55,884 nucleotides of DNA from the NCBI GenBank assembly GCA_965644495.1, contig CBFFSA010000050.1:1-55884 (forward strand). The letters are read 5' to 3'. The notes beneath the pieces were generated by a model that saw only the letters and a program-made list of their open reading frames with translations, did no database searches and was not told the DNA's origin. Positions 1-10,810 of the stretch are shown one piece after another (the first letter of the stretch is position 1; each line of letters starts with the position of its first letter). The stretch comes from Perkinsela sp. CCAP 1560/9 (taxonomy: Eukaryota; Protista; Euglenozoa: Kinetoplastea). Position numbers and translations under genes: made by a program.

Positions 1-73
1 TTCCGAAGGAATTAGGTCAAAAGCTCTTACAGTGTGTTCTGGAGCCTGGGGGGGGGAACCAGTACCTAGACTG
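1..73. mobile_element. Terminal inverted repeat of a Tc1-like element extending out of the window
   Basis: 3-73 is the near-perfect reverse complement of 107-177; ends ...ctagactg followed by TA (74-75). Confidence 0.75.
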
Positions 74-106
74 TATATACTATATGGAATACTCCTTCCT
101 ACTATA

Positions 107-1438
107 CAGTCCAGGTACTGGTTCCCCCCCCCCCAGGCTCCTGAGCACACCGTAAGAGCTTTTGACCTAATTCCTTCGGCATTCAACAGATCTCGAAAAA
201 GTAGAGCGTTTCCCGTCGTTGTTTTGCCCATCACCCCCCCTGGGTCAAATTTTTTTTGAAAGCACACGAAAAAATAGCATAATTTTAACAAAAAAAATCC
301 AATATTTCAAAAAATTAGGAGTTTTTTATCAAATATGGTTTCTTATTCTATGAATTTGAGGGATACCCCCGTTAAATCTACTAAAGGTCAGTACTCCAAC
401 TCGCCGAAAAACAAGACACCCCCTATTACCCATAAAACTTCGCGATGTGCACTCCCAGAGCGCCTTGAAATTGTCCGCCAATATAGAAAAGGAAATTCGA
501 TTCATACTTTAGCTAAAAGTTTTGGAAGGGACAGAAAGACTGTCCGTGAAATTCTGTCTACGTGGAAGTCTAAAAGTCCACTAGAACCCAAACCCCACCC
601 AGGCCCTGGTTTCTCTGTGTCTACGAAGCCATTCAGGGCGGCACTCGTCAAAGTTGTTGACGATGCTAACAAAACAATCGATGGCTGCCCATCCTTTCCT
701 TGGGTACATAACGAAATGATTAAAAAGGGGTTTCATTGCTCTCTAAGCACAATAAAGAAAACTCTACGTTCATTAAATTACCTAATACAAGCAAAAGCAC
801 CTAGCTGCGAGTTAAAGCAACATCACAAAGAGGCCCGCTTAAGTCTAGCAGAGTCTTTATTGTCCTTTCCCAAAGAAAAATTAGATTCTATAATTTGGAC
901 GGACGAAAAAAAATTTACATGTGGTTCAAAGACTTACTCTCGCTTTTTTATCGGAAAGAAAGGATGTACCAAAATTAAAATGGGGAGAAACAACCGATGG
1001 TTTGGTGGTAAAGGTGTCATGGTATGGATGGGAATCAGTGTGAAACACGGCCCTTTTTTGCATTTGTTTTCATCCCAATCGCAAGGTAAAAAAATTAGGG
1101 ATGTAAGTTCCGTGAAGGGTGAAACGATTCTCGTTGAGTGTCTTTCAAAAAGGGGGGGTATTCTTGAATATTTAGTTGAAAATAGAGAACAAGCGATTGT
1201 GCAAATGGACAATGCGGCCACGCATAACAAAACGAAACGTGTCCTTTTCGAAAAAGGAATTACTCGATTGGAGTGGCCAGCACTCTCTCCTGACCTCAAT
1301 CCGATCGAGAATGTTTGGTCAATAATGGACCGAATTGTGAAAGAAATTCTGAAGCCAGAGTCTGAAACACAGCTCCGGAAGGCAATAAAGAAAGCCTTCA
1401 TGATGCTTAAGCGTCATCCTTATCGTATAGTATACTAT
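107..1438 (+). mobile_element. IS630/Tc1-like element, 3'-truncated
   Basis: TA|CAGTCCAGG left terminus followed by a transposase ORF; homology stops near 1420, just before the Harbinger-like insertion; no right TIR found. Confidence 0.8.
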
Positions 1439-1447
1439 GAGGGTTGA
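335..1447 (+). pseudogene. Tc1/IS630-family transposase (DD32E), C-terminally truncated
   Basis: N-terminal HTH, WTDEKKF, QMDNAATH, WPALSPDLNPIENVW; last ~10 codons read into unrelated inserted DNA. Confidence 0.9.
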
Positions 1448-1687
1448 AACAGGTGGGTGCGGCTGGGTGCGTCCGGGTGCGGCTGAGTTAGGGGAGGGGT
1501 GAATTTTTTTATGTATTTTTCCTCTTTTATTTTTTCTCAATACCTACATATTGGCAAACTCATAATTTCTCATATATTTTTTATAGGGACGTACATAATT
1601 TATATTGGTACTTTTCATATTTTATCATCTCTTTTATCTTTTTTAGAATCCCGTTTTATAACGATACTTTTTTCGAACATATTCCGT

Positions 1688-2650
1688 ATGGACGATTTGC
1701 CCCCCAAGGATAGTGAGGTAGAGGCGTGTTCCTACGGACATGCAGACTCGGAAAAATTTGATCGATTAAGAAATTGGGTGCAACACACCTTAAAGAAGGT
1801 ACTCCACATTCCTTTGAAAAGAGCGGAGAGAGGTTTGGAGTATCTCAAGATGACTCAGGAGGAACGAAACAGTGCCCAATTTGCCCCTGACAGACTTCCT
1901 CCTCAAGAAATCATGGATCGTCTCGAGGACGATATTATTTCGAGGGCCGTGACATGGTTAAACAACCGTCATCATCAGCTCACCACTTCTTCAGTTCCCA
2001 GTATTCACAACACTTTGTGTGGTGTTACACTGGACGAAGAAATCCTTCTCGAGGGTATCATCCTCATTGCAAAATATCGCCAGGTAGGCTTGTTGTTCTT
2101 TTCCGACGCCAAATGCAACGTGCTAAATGGTGTTCGAGAGGAAGAGATGCCAAGTTATTGGCGGTGGAAACACGGGGGTCAATGGTCACTCCCCTCCATC
2201 GAGCTCCCCACAGATGTACTCTCGCAAAACCTAGGTGCCTTCCTGGCCTACCCAGGGTTGTATGAGCCATCCCGCAAAGGCCAAGAGACCATTGCAGAAT
2301 GGTTCCGAACTCTTTGGCGAGGGTTTCGTGGAGAGACCGTTGCGGCGTCGAAAAGACATCGAGAACAAAATCGACTTCTACGCGGCGCGGTTTCTGTAAG
2401 TCAGACCGAGGCAGCAAAGGCGCTCGCTGAAGTAGAAAAGTTGCAAGCGGTGACTAGCCGTCTTGAAGCCAAGGTTGAAAGATTAACTGAGGCTCAACTT
2501 TCTCATCGTCGCGAGACAGACGACATGAGAGCCCAGATCGCATTACTGAAACAAGCAGTAATTGCGAAATCCCGGATCGCAGAAAGCGAAGAGTCTAAAA
2601 CCAAGACGACAGGAAAGAGTAAGTTGTATGATCAGTCGGGTTTACGATAA
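1688..2650 (+). CDS. Accessory ORF1 of the Harbinger-like element; unknown protein with C-terminal coiled coil
   Basis: Open 320-codon frame (likely start MDDLPPK at 1688) inside the TIRs; heptad-like C-terminus; no recognisable Myb/SANT motif. Confidence 0.6.
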   Translation: MDDLPPKDSEVEACSYGHADSEKFDRLRNWVQHTLKKVLHIPLKRAERGLEYLKMTQEERNSAQFAPDRLPPQEIMDRLEDDIISRAVTWLNNRHHQLTTSSVPSIHNTLCGVTLDEEILLEGIILIAKYRQVGLLFFSDAKCNVLNGVREEEMPSYWRWKHGGQWSLPSIELPTDVLSQNLGAFLAYPGLYEPSRKGQETIAEWFRTLWRGFRGETVAASKRHREQNRLLRGAVSVSQTEAAKALAEVEKLQAVTSRLEAKVERLTEAQLSHRRETDDMRAQIALLKQAVIAKSRIAESEESKTKTTGKSKLYDQSGLR

Positions 2651-2812
2651 CCCGATTGTTTCTTTATTCAATAAAGAAAATTTGGATGAAGTAGTAAGTT
2701 TGGATTTGGAAGTCTGAAGTAGTAAGAATATTGAAGCCAAAGTACAGAATATGAAACGCTAGTTACTGTCAGTAAAGCAGAAAATATTGAGCAAAAATCA
2801 CTAAACTTTTGA

Positions 2813-3965
2813 ATGACAACAGAGTTACTTTTCTCATTTTCAACTTCTCGATATGATACTTCTTCCCTGGAAAGACGTTTCACACGCTTTTACCGGGTAT
2901 TGTTTTGATGTGGTTGTAGAGCTGAGCATATCTTTAAAAAGCCCCACGCTTGACGTGTTCTGCGCTCTGGCAATGCTTCATTTGAATCTGACCCATGAAC
3001 AAGCAGCGGCTGTTCTCATTCCTTATGTGGGGGGCCATTATTCAGCACCCCATATATGGAAAAAATTTATTTAGCCGGCCTTGAAGCTTTCTGATGAGGC
3101 TGGCAATCTGGCCGACACAGAGAGAAGATTTTCTATCCGAGAAAAAGCATTTTGCATGGTGTTAAGTATACTCGACGGCGTCCCCATGTACAGCCGTGGG
3201 CCCAGTGAATTATATAACGCGAAAAAGGCCGCGAAGTATTGGACATTTCAAGTTCTTCTCATGATGGACGGTTGCCCTTTGGCCTGGAGTGGACCTTTCG
3301 AGGGTCGGATTCATGACAGCGAATGCTTAGCCCAATCTGACATACCTAGTTTCATGCATCGCCGTGATGAAATGATAATAGCAGACAAGGCATATATCGA
3401 TAACCGTCATTGCTTTTGCCAAGAAGTTGGTCCTGCAATTGACGAAACATTTGATATGGAGTTTCGCCGGATAAGAAACCGTGTAGAAAGGTTTTTTTCC
3501 CATATGGATCAGCACAAGTTGCTGCACTATAATCAGCATCGGAAAGATTTTGCAAGATCTGCTTTCGGGTTGCTCTGGAATGCAGAGTGTACGCACTGGA
3601 AAGTTCACCAGGTAACACTGTACGACGACTCCGTAGAATCTTTGGATTCCACGCATTCCGTCGTTAGAGAATGGGCTTCTCGAGACTTTTGCTCTTGTCA
3701 TTTTCAGAAAGGTGACAAAAAAGATAAAGATGCTATACGAGAGTACCGAGAAGAGGTAAAACAAAATTTACAGCGCACTGGTGTCACAAAAATTGGAAAA
3801 AGCCCTGCTCACGGACGCAAAGGAAGTAAGACGTACAGAAAGTTGACGCAGGCAGAGATGCGTCAGAAGCGAGCTGAGGAGAGCGCTTTGAAGCAAATGA
3901 AGTCAAAGCAGAGAAAGAAGGATCTTGCGCGGGAAAAAAAGGACAACGCCAAATTATTTTCTTAA
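2813..3965 (+). pseudogene. Harbinger/IS5-like (DDE_Tnp_4) transposase with a probable frameshift and an in-frame stop
   Basis: ILDGVP, GPFEGRIHD, IIADKAY, RNRVERFF motifs; TAG at 3072-3074 splits same-frame ORFs 2853-3074 and 3081-3965. Confidence 0.8.
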
Positions 3966-4474
3966 ATTTTATATGTCAATGTAAGGATATAAGGGATATA
4001 CATGTATTCATTTTGTGAAAGGTTTTTAGTCTGCACAGTTCGCACTTTCTTTTGGGTTGCATTCTGCAAAAAAACGCGTATGGTGAAGCACACGTACAAA
4101 TTGACTGAAAAAAAAAGTCATCCCTCTCGGGGAGTATTACCCCGAACCTTCGGGGTTCCTTCTGGATCTCCCAAATTTCGCCAAGTCTTTGCCGTTGAAG
4201 ATGCACTGGGTGCGGGTGGGTGCGGCTGGGTGCGGGTGGGTGCGGCTGGGGATGTTTCAACCCTCTATGTATTGTATACTATAGTATTGTATTGTATACT
4301 ATGTATACAATAATGTATAAAATAATGTATACTATGCATATATACTATGTATAATTTTATAAAGGGGGGGTAAAAATCACCCACTATTGGCAAAAACGTT
4401 TTTGCCTGCTACTTCCCTTCTTATGGGTGGTTTAGGCCGCCTCAAGGATCAACAACGGCCGAGGACCGGACATA

Positions 4475-6079
4475 CAGGGGTGCAAATCAGATGCTGGTGG
4501 GGGTCTAAAATTAGCAATGTTTGCGCAATTTTGGAAAATAATAGCGCATTCGAGAGCTCTCGCAGAGATCTATGTTTTGGCGCCATTACCACGTTAAAAG
4601 AAAACAAATTTGAAAAAGATATTTTTTTTAAAGGTTTTTTACCCCCCTAAAAGTTGCAGATTTTTCAATTTTTGCAGTTTTTTCCGTGTTTTTTTGTTTT
4701 TCAGCTCACTATTATGCCGCAAAAGCGATCCCGCTCTAAGCAAAACAGTAAAAGCTTATCCGATAGATCACATGAACCCCCGGGGCACACAAAATATTCA
4801 CACAGGATGCTTCTCGTTAAAGATTACGAGAATACAAACTCCTACAGTGTCACTTGCCAAAGACAAGGCATCCACGACAGCACTGTTAAGTTGTGGGTTA
4901 AGCGATTTGAGGAAACCGGGGATGTTGAACGTGCTACGCCTCCTCGAGAACGCAGTGACAACGCCGGAGCTTCTTGAGGCATGCCGTGAAATTATTGACG
5001 CGTCCAACGCGACAAGTGCGCGAGGTTGTCCCTCGTGGAGTTTTATTCTTCGTGAGGTTAGGAAAAGGGGTTTCTCCTGCAGCAGGCCGACCCTAGTAAA
5101 TTTTTTGAAGGACGAAGGGATGATCCAACGATCTTTTTCTAAAGGCCTGTTCTTAACTGAAGTTCACAAGGCCAAGCGACTAACATTTGCACTGAAAATG
5201 CAGAAGTGGTCCGTCGCACAGCTTCGTCACATTATTTGGTGTGACGAAAAAAAGTTCACTTGTCAACTTGGGCGCGAAAGCCGTTCTTACATTTGCCGAG
5301 CGAGTGACCCCCCGAAGCCACCCCTAAAAGCTGCGCAAAAATGGTTTGGGGGGGATGGAGTAAACGTTTGGATGGGATAAGCCTTATTTATGGAGTTTTT
5401 TATCACGTCTTTCCCGACAGGGACAGAAATGGGAAAGTTACGATTACTTCAAATGTTTTTAAAGCAGCTATGACAAAAAGGGGGGTTTCTTGAAACGTCA
5501 TAGCGGTACTAGAGTTGCAATGGATAATGCTCCTTGTCACAATGGCACCTTTAAAACCTTTCGAGAAAACCAAGTCTTTGTTTTAGACTTCCCCCAAAAT
5601 CCCCAGATCTTAACCCTATTGAAAACATTTGGGACATCATGGACACCTTTATTAAAGATGGTACAAACCCAGAAAATAGGACTGAACTTTTGTACTCTAT
5701 TGAAAAGGCGGTTGATTACATTAAAACAAATGGTCAAGACATGCTCATAAACACTTTAAACAGCATGCCGCGGCGTTTCGACATAGTAGTAGAAAAAAAA
5801 GGGGAAAGTTGTAATTATTGAACGTACAAAAATTTTCATTCATTTTTTGCATTTTGACGTTTTTGGGCTTCTCCTCAGTTGACTACCCCCTTACACCCCG
5901 GGAAACCGCCTATCCAAATACATAGAAAAAATATCTTTTTCAAATTTGTTTTCTTTTAACGTGGTAATGGCGCCAAAACATAGATCTCTGCGAGAGCTCT
6001 CGAATGCGCTATTATTTTCCAAAATTGCGCAAACATTGCTAATTTTAGACCCCCCCCCAGCATCTGATTTGCACCCCTG
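4475..6079 (+). mobile_element. Full-length Tc1-like element
   Basis: ~150-bp near-perfect TIRs starting CAGGGGTGCAAATCAGATG; TA on both sides. Confidence 0.95.
4714..5821 (+). pseudogene. Tc1 transposase (DD32E group), several frameshifts
   Basis: MPQKRSRS..., WCDEKKF, MDNAPCH, SMPRRFDIVVEKKGESCNY spread over several frames; close paralogue of 34951-35960. Confidence 0.9.
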
Positions 6080-6554
6080 TATGTTTTCAACTAGGGGACC
6101 AACTGACTTTGATAGATGTCACCGTCGTAAATCCTCTTGCTCCTTCTTATGTGGAGAAGGAAGCGAAGTTCCCAGGAAGCACCCTTGAGAAGGCCGAAGA
6201 GCAAAAAGCGAATCAGCACGAAAAAATGGCTTCATCTCGCAGTATGAATTTTTTTCATTTTTTTAACGACCTTGTCGTTCCTGCGCAGATGGGGGAGATT
6301 TACGGAGGATCCTGCAGGTTTTCTCCAACACGCACTTATGGCTCTAGGGGTCGCGGTGCAAAGAGGAAACGCCATGATGAGCTCTTCAGCCATCCATGAT
6401 TGGCGACAGAGCGGGGTTATGTACCCCGCTACTTGTATGTACCCCCCCACTTATAGTGCCGTTTTGAAAAAAAATGTTCGAAAAAAAATGACTGATTTTT
6501 TTGGTCTAAAAAGTACAGTAAACATGGTGGAAATTTCTAACATTGAGTGGCTTA

Positions 6555-6636
6555 GTTAAACGTAGTGGTTGTTTTCAACTTTGAAGTCACTCATGCTGCG
6601 CGCTTAGCGTTGAAAACTACCTCCGCGTTTAACGAA
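6555..6636. repeat. ~80-bp imperfect palindromic dispersed element
   Basis: GTTAAACG..GGTTGTTTTCAA ... TTGAAAACTAC..CGCGTTTAAC; related copies at ~11013-11065, ~20678-20758, ~41970-42015. Confidence 0.65.
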
Positions 6637-6646
6637 GCTGCTAAAA

Positions 6647-6822
6647 CCAGGGCAAAGTGGACGAGGGAGATACCAATAGTTTAGATGCGGCAGTTTCCAC
6701 AGGAAAAACGGAATCTCTACCTTTTTTAGGCGCTTGTCTTCATGCAATAAGGAAGATACCGTTTTTCCTTTGGAAACTGCAGCACCTAAACTATTGGTAT
6801 CTCCCTCGTCCACTTTGCCCTG
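6647..6822. mobile_element. Foldback MITE
   Basis: ~70-bp arms CCAGGGCAAAGTGGACGAGGGAGATACC.../...CCACTTTGCCCTGG around a short spacer. Confidence 0.7.
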
Positions 6823-7349
6823 GGTTACGTAGGAAAAAATATGTTCTCTAGGACTCCTTACAGCTTTCCACGCGAGGAAGTCGTCGTCGCTGCGGCAAAA
6901 GGTCAGAAGGCTTCGCCTTCTGCTTTTTGCATTGCGCCTCCTCCTTCCTCTAAGGTCTTGCGTATCCCAAACCTCAAGTTGAAAAAAGCATATGTGGCAA
7001 ATTGGGGTTTGCAAATCGCTTCCAAAGAAGGGGGTCTCGAGTGGTCGAAAAGGCGCGTTTTTTTACCTAAAACTATACGTTTTAGGAGTCGATTTATCAA
7101 TCACGCATCAATTGCAGTCTCAAAGGAAGAAAGCGCCAGAGAAGCTTTAACAAAGAGCGAAAGGCAATTTTAAGGAAGGTGCACCTTAAATTGTTCCAAG
7201 AAATTAATGGTAAGCATGCAGTGACGTAAAAATTTGTCAAGATAATTTTAGCCTACTAGTCTAGCTATTGCCAAAGAGTTCTAGGTATTTCTAAAGAAAT
7301 GTCTCGACAAGTAGGCCCGACATAGTGGGAAAATGAGCAGAATTTTGCC

Positions 7350-7445
7350 ATTTAAATAGTATAGTGTTATTTAAATAATATAGTGTTAATTTAAATAATA
7401 TAGTGTTAATTTAAATAATATAGTGTTAATTTAAATAATATATTA
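7350..7445. repeat. AT-rich 20-bp tandem repeat
   Basis: TTAAATAATATAGTGTTAAT repeated about 4-5 times. Confidence 0.85.
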
Positions 7446-7880
7446 TCATTTAATATAGTGTCATTTAAATATTATAGCGTTATTAAGTAATATACCATTC
7501 CCCGGGTTATATTGATCCTTATAGTTTTAAAAAAGCCATTTCCGTTGTTCAGGAGATATTTCTTTTTCACTGTGAGGATTTTCCGTCGTTTGAGCCACGG
7601 CCTCTATCCACAGTGTCGCTCTTATGTCCGGGCATATTCAACTAAACCACCGTCCGGGTTATTATACCTAAACGGGGGTACCACTTAATGTACAGGGGGG
7701 GTATAATAAAGCATACCCTGTATATTAAGGGGGGGTATATTCGCTCACCGTTTATACCGGGTGGGGGGTATAATGCGGAGTGGTGGGGGGTATATTAGCT
7801 CCAATGTTTTTTTGCGGTAAACCAAAGAGGACCTGTTTTTTTGCGGTAACCAAAGAGGTTAAAAGGGGCAATACATGATG

Positions 7881-7969
7881 GCACCGTGGAAAACAAGGGG
7901 GTGGGGGGTATAAACGCTCTATTTATTTTGAGCGTTTATACCCCCCACCCCCTTGTTTTCCTCGGTACC
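7881..7969. repeat. Inverted repeat, probably two abutting transposon ends
   Basis: 39-bp arms ...GGGGTATAAACGCTC / GAGCGTTTATACCCC... separated by TATTTATTTT. Confidence 0.7.
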
Positions 7970-8499
7970 CAGGGGGGGTATATTGGGTAGCGATTATACC
8001 CCCCCGGTATACAGGGGGGATCACCAATATCGGGACACCCGTCATTTTTGTGCCATGTGTCCGTTTCACCTGATTTTTGTTGCAAAAGAGAGATCTCGAC
8101 GCGAATATGATCGGAACGACATTTTGCGCGTATTGAAACACACCTAAAAAGGAGGGTGTGTACGACAAAAACGATTTTTTTCAAAATTTGCACATTTGAA
8201 AATGTGGATAAAAATGCCTTAAAAAGCATTGAAAAAGTTATTTAATATGAAATAACCCCTCCGTTACAGTAAAGTAGTTGATAGATGAGTGATAAAAGTT
8301 GCCTTGATAGCCAACAATAGATGATTTTATTGCCGTTCCATCTATTGTTGGTTAAGGGGGGTATAGTATCATCTATTGTTGGCAATCGGCTATTTTTGGC
8401 AAAAAAGTTGCCAACAATAGACGAGCCCCCCCTTTATAAAAAATTCTTTTGTATAGAAAATATCTTTTTCATAGCTGGTATGGGATCCATGCGCAGCGA

Positions 8500-9105
8500 A
8501 CGTCACTTCCTACGTCACTTCCGTAATACTCCCGGAAGCACGTGAAAAGGTTTGCCGTGCGAACTTGCCACGCGGTCTCTCGCCCGTTGTGGACGTCCCC
8601 CAGTTGAAGGGCCACGTTTCGCATGAATTCCAAGGGCGTGGCACCAAGATTGTAGTGCTGCTTCCGTACCCGGTCCTTGATGATGCGATGCGACTCTTCA
8701 GCGGTGTTCGTGTGGTACCCTTGGGAGTTCACAAACTCCACTCTGTGATTCACCCAGAGTAGTGTACGCCCCCCAACAGTCCCTGACCACGGACCTCGCA
8801 CTTGTCAAGTGCGGAAGAATAAAGTTGTGAAGAGTTTCCGAATCTCTTCGGTTCACTAGCTTCCAATGGTTTCTTCCCATTTCTTGACCTCGGATCTCGG
8901 TCACTGTCACAAACCACCGCCCCAGTTTGCGCTGTCGCCTCTCCCGCTGATATTTACATTTTACTATAATTTATAGGTCCGTTATAATAAAGGTTTCATC
9001 AACCTGAATTCGGTAAAATTCATAGTGTTCCATCTGCACTTGAGCAAGGGCTGCGTCCGCCTCCTGCACAGTTCTGCGACCCACCCCTCTATTGTGGCAA
9101 ATCTG
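8500..9105 (-). pseudogene. Merlin / ISXO2 (IS1595-like) transposase remnant
   Basis: IQVDET, KYQRER, VNRRDSETLHNFI, RDCWGAY, VNHRVEFV..GYHTNTAE motifs across frameshifted frames. Confidence 0.8.
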
Positions 9106-9378
9106 GCCGGTGCACGTCTGATTCGCGATGTCGGTTCAGATAGGTGGCAGAATGCTGGGAGTCAGATGGCTGCGCATCGATATGTACGGCTCGAATTTGC
9201 CTTTCTTAATTCTGCAGGCATTTCGAGAGCCAGACTCTCGGTGGTTGAAAATCTGGATACTGTATGAGATTTCCCAGGAACGAATGCTATAATGGCCTTT
9301 GGCATCGCCATACAGCGTGGCAACGCCCAGATCATTTCGGTCGCCACGTTTCAATGGCGGCAAACGGGTATCTTGTAG
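9105..9378 (+). pseudogene. 3' end of an RLE non-LTR retrotransposon ORF
   Basis: AIMAFGIAIQRGNAQII...WRQTGIL* is homologous to ALMALGVAVQRGNAMM...WRQSGV near 6330-6420. Confidence 0.6.
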
Positions 9379-9415
9379 GGAGTAATTATTCATAAATAAC
9401 ATTACTTTATTATTA

Positions 9416-9594
9416 CTGTCCCCCCTCTCCTTAAGAGCACCCGATCAGACCCCCCCGTTTAAGCGCACATAGAGTTGAAGGAAAGAGCCCGGCGCCGCGA
9501 AGCGGCGCCAAATGTTTTTTTACGGAGTGATTCAGACCTCCCCGTTTAAGCGCACTTTTCGCGGAAAACGAGGTGCGCTTAAACAGGGGGGACA
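9416..9594. mobile_element. pogo-like MITE (copy 1 of 3)
   Basis: TA|CTGTCCCCC...TAAGCGCAC termini; central GGCGCCGCGAAGCGGCGCC hairpin; copies at 14430-14607 and 50259-50438. Confidence 0.8.
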
Positions 9595-9630
9595 TTTGAA
9601 AATGTGGAATAAAATGTCTTAAAATGTGGA

Positions 9631-10560
9631 TTAAAAAGCATTGAAAAAGTTATTTAGTATGAAATAACCCCCTTTACACTTTCGTAACTCTTCTAACCGT
9701 TTTGGGAGGCTCTTCAGAGTCTTCTCTAGGATATCCCGCTTTTCGGTTAGGAGATATTCAATAGCCTTGGGTATGACCTCTCGCAATTCATGCCTATTTT
9801 TCGGACGCAAAGAACTATGAATGTAGTCATCCATGATTGACCACAAGTTTTCTATCAAGTTTAAGTCAGATGACTTTGAGGGCAGCAATCCGGCATGACG
9901 GGCTTGCTCATGACCCGGTGCAATAAAAGAGATTTGTATCCTTTAATAGACAATTTGGGTACAGACCACTTATATTGCACCCACTTTCAAAATAATGATA
10001 TGAATGCATTGAAATGTTTTCTTGCGCAGAGTAACTTCACACACTTTATCTCATTTCCTCCTTCCGCCTACGTCAAAAAAATGTTGCAGTATGCTTAAAG
10101 TTCGCCACTTTACACGTCAAATGCCCATGCACAGATAAAATGCCTGCGGGCAGATAAAATGCCACAAAAAGAAAGCTTGGCGTCAGTGCCACATGGCAGT
10201 GGCGGGGAAGACCGCTAGGAGGTCCCATGTTGGACCATGCTGCCCCATGTCAGGGCTGTGGGAAATATAGAGAAGACTCCTAGTTTACCTGTCTGGAGGT
10301 AAGGCCCAACTTTGAGCGTAGCCTACGTCTGTGAGCAAAGCCCAACTGTGGGTGTAGCCCTGAGACAGAATTATATTTTAGCGCCCCCGCACACTGAAGC
10401 GAGTAGGGGCGCGTTCTCAGAACCAACGTTTGTCCCTTCCGCAGGATTGTGTACTTGTGTTCCTATGTTGTGTGACCGGGCGTGTGATCCAGTTGCTTTT
10501 TAGGTTGTGCTGTCCCCTTCAACTCTGTGGCACAGTTTGACTCAAAAAATAGAAAAGTGG
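9631..10560 (-). pseudogene. Decayed Tc1 transposase
   Basis: SDLNLIENLWSIMD...KSLPKRLEELRKCKGGY C-terminus; upstream part badly degraded, 5' boundary approximate. Confidence 0.7.
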
Positions 10561-10810
10561 GTGCAATATAAGTGGGCATTACCCGACAATTTTAACGGGA
10601 TTTGCACAATTTTTACATAAATTTGCATATTTTTTGGAGATTCTTTCTATTTTTTTTATACCATTTTTTACAAGTGTGTTTAAATCGGCGCAAAATGTCG
10701 TTCCGATCATATTCGCGTCGAGATCTCTCTTTTGCAACAAAAATCAGGTGAAACGGACGCACGGCCTAAAAATGGGAGGTGTCCCGATATTGGTGATCAC
10801 CCCTGTATAA

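Larger units (their letters stand above)
1439..4265 (+). mobile_element. PIF/Harbinger-like two-ORF DNA transposon
   Basis: 13-bp TIR GAGGGTTGAAACA (1439-1451 / 4253-4265), 3-bp TSD TAT, subterminal GGGTGCGGCT repeats, carries a DDE_Tnp_4-like ORF. Confidence 0.85.
4440..6420 (+). pseudogene. Restriction-like endonuclease (RLE) C-terminus of a CRE/SLACS-type non-LTR retrotransposon, split by a Tc1 insertion
   Basis: Removing 4475-6079 plus one TA restores NGRGPDICFQLGDQLTLIDVTVVNPLAPSY; downstream frame gives ALGVAVQRGNAMM. Confidence 0.75.
8012..10805 (-). mobile_element. Composite Tc1-like element carrying other TE fragments
   Basis: ~120-bp TIRs CAGGGG(G/T)GATCACCAATATCGGGACAC... with TA on both sides; encloses Merlin, RLE, MITE and Tc1 remnants. 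Confidence 0.75.

Noticed and set aside
1499-2650. Fanzor/TnpB cargo in this or any other element
   Set aside because: No RuvC motifs or zinc-ribbon pattern recognisable in this or any ORF of the window
3072-3074. Stop-codon reassignment suggested by in-frame stops in TE ORFs
   Set aside because: Host genes are uninterrupted and end in TAA, TAG and TGA; the TE ORFs also carry frameshifts, so decay explains the stops
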